Source: a plasmid
Sequence record: CP109674.1
Strand: one strand, 5' to 3'
Length of the DNA stretch: 64,000 bases
The stretch's first letter is position 1. Each line of letters starts with the position of its first letter. The notes beneath the pieces are model-generated. The model did not search any database. It saw only the letters and a list, made by a program, of their open reading frames with translations, and had not been told where the DNA came from. A program made the translations under genes and the position numbers. Below, piece after piece: positions 63,829 to 64,000 of the stretch.

Positions 63829-64000
63829 TTATCGCATTCTCACAAGCAGCCAGACAAACCACGGTGCGCCGATAATGGCGGTCAGCACGCCTGCCGGAAG
63901 CTCCAGCGGCGGATGAATGATTCGTGCCAGCAGATCGGCAATGACCAGCAACAACGCGCCCGTCAGGGCCGAAACGGGCATCAGCCAGCGGTGACGCCCG
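63828..64000 (-). CDS. fecD: Ferric dicitrate ABC permease FecD, C-terminal part (gene continues beyond window end)
   Basis: Hydrophobic reading frame on the minus strand ending with a stop overlapping the fecE start. Assigned by position within the fec operon. Confidence 0.5.

Overview
This 64-kb window looks like a mosaic stretch of a large IncF-type (RepFIB plus an IncFII remnant) Enterobacteriaceae plasmid of the Klebsiella/Enterobacter pLVPK/pKPN3 kind. All calls rest on reading the sequence and on protein motifs recalled from memory; nothing was searched or computed.

From left to right the window contains:
1. 1-21.4 kb: a complete copper/silver resistance island on the minus strand (pcoE' partial, pcoSRDCBA, a divergent pcoE-like gene plus an M23 peptidase, silP, a DUF411 gene, silA, silB, silF, silC, then silR, silS, silE on the plus strand, and a DUF305 gene). 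Palindromic boxes that look like copper-responsive regulator sites sit at four promoters.
2. 21.4-23.3 kb: an AT-rich islet carrying a McrA-like HNH endonuclease, a candidate type IV restriction gene.
3. 23.3-26.6 kb: a GAF-GGDEF diguanylate cyclase, two unknown ORFs, a tyrosine recombinase, and a decayed fragment of a related integrase.
4. 27-28.7 kb: a RepFIB replicon (repA flanked by iterons, with a DnaA box).
5. 29-31.6 kb: sopA, sopB and a sopC-like centromere made of three 88-bp repeats. It is followed by a sequence resembling the ColE1 primosome-assembly site.
6. 31.8-33.5 kb: umuDC-like error-prone polymerase genes with a LexA box.
7. 33.7-35.9 kb: a ParM/ParR-like type II partition module.
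8. 36-38.6 kb: a module resembling an IncF leading region. Two near-identical, GC-rich, ~190-bp structured repeats each sit about 20 bp upstream of a gene; one of those genes is an orphan N6/N4 DNA methyltransferase. Three small unknown ORFs and two hairpins with compensatory stem changes complete the module. This is the most interesting candidate for an uncharacterised establishment or anti-defence system.
9. 38.6-46.4 kb: a LysR-associated oxidoreductase, hydrolase and MFS block, with an abrupt junction at its left edge.
10. 46.6-47.5 kb: a relBE toxin-antitoxin pair and an unannotated hok/sok locus.
11. 47.4-49.5 kb: an unexplained GC-rich segment and a DsbA-like gene.
12. 49.9-62.1 kb: an IncFII repA remnant truncated by a Tn21-subfamily transposon-like unit. 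Both 38-bp terminal repeats of that unit are split by identical, inverted IS5075/IS4321-like elements (IS110 family). Its cargo is a Tn3-family tnpA fragment, a degenerate IS1, lacA'YZI with operator and CAP site, and a quinone-oxidoreductase pseudogene with a single nonsense codon.
13. 62.1-64 kb: an EAL-domain gene fragment, a decayed IS66 remnant, fecE and the 3' end of fecD.

No rRNA, tRNA or CRISPR features were seen.
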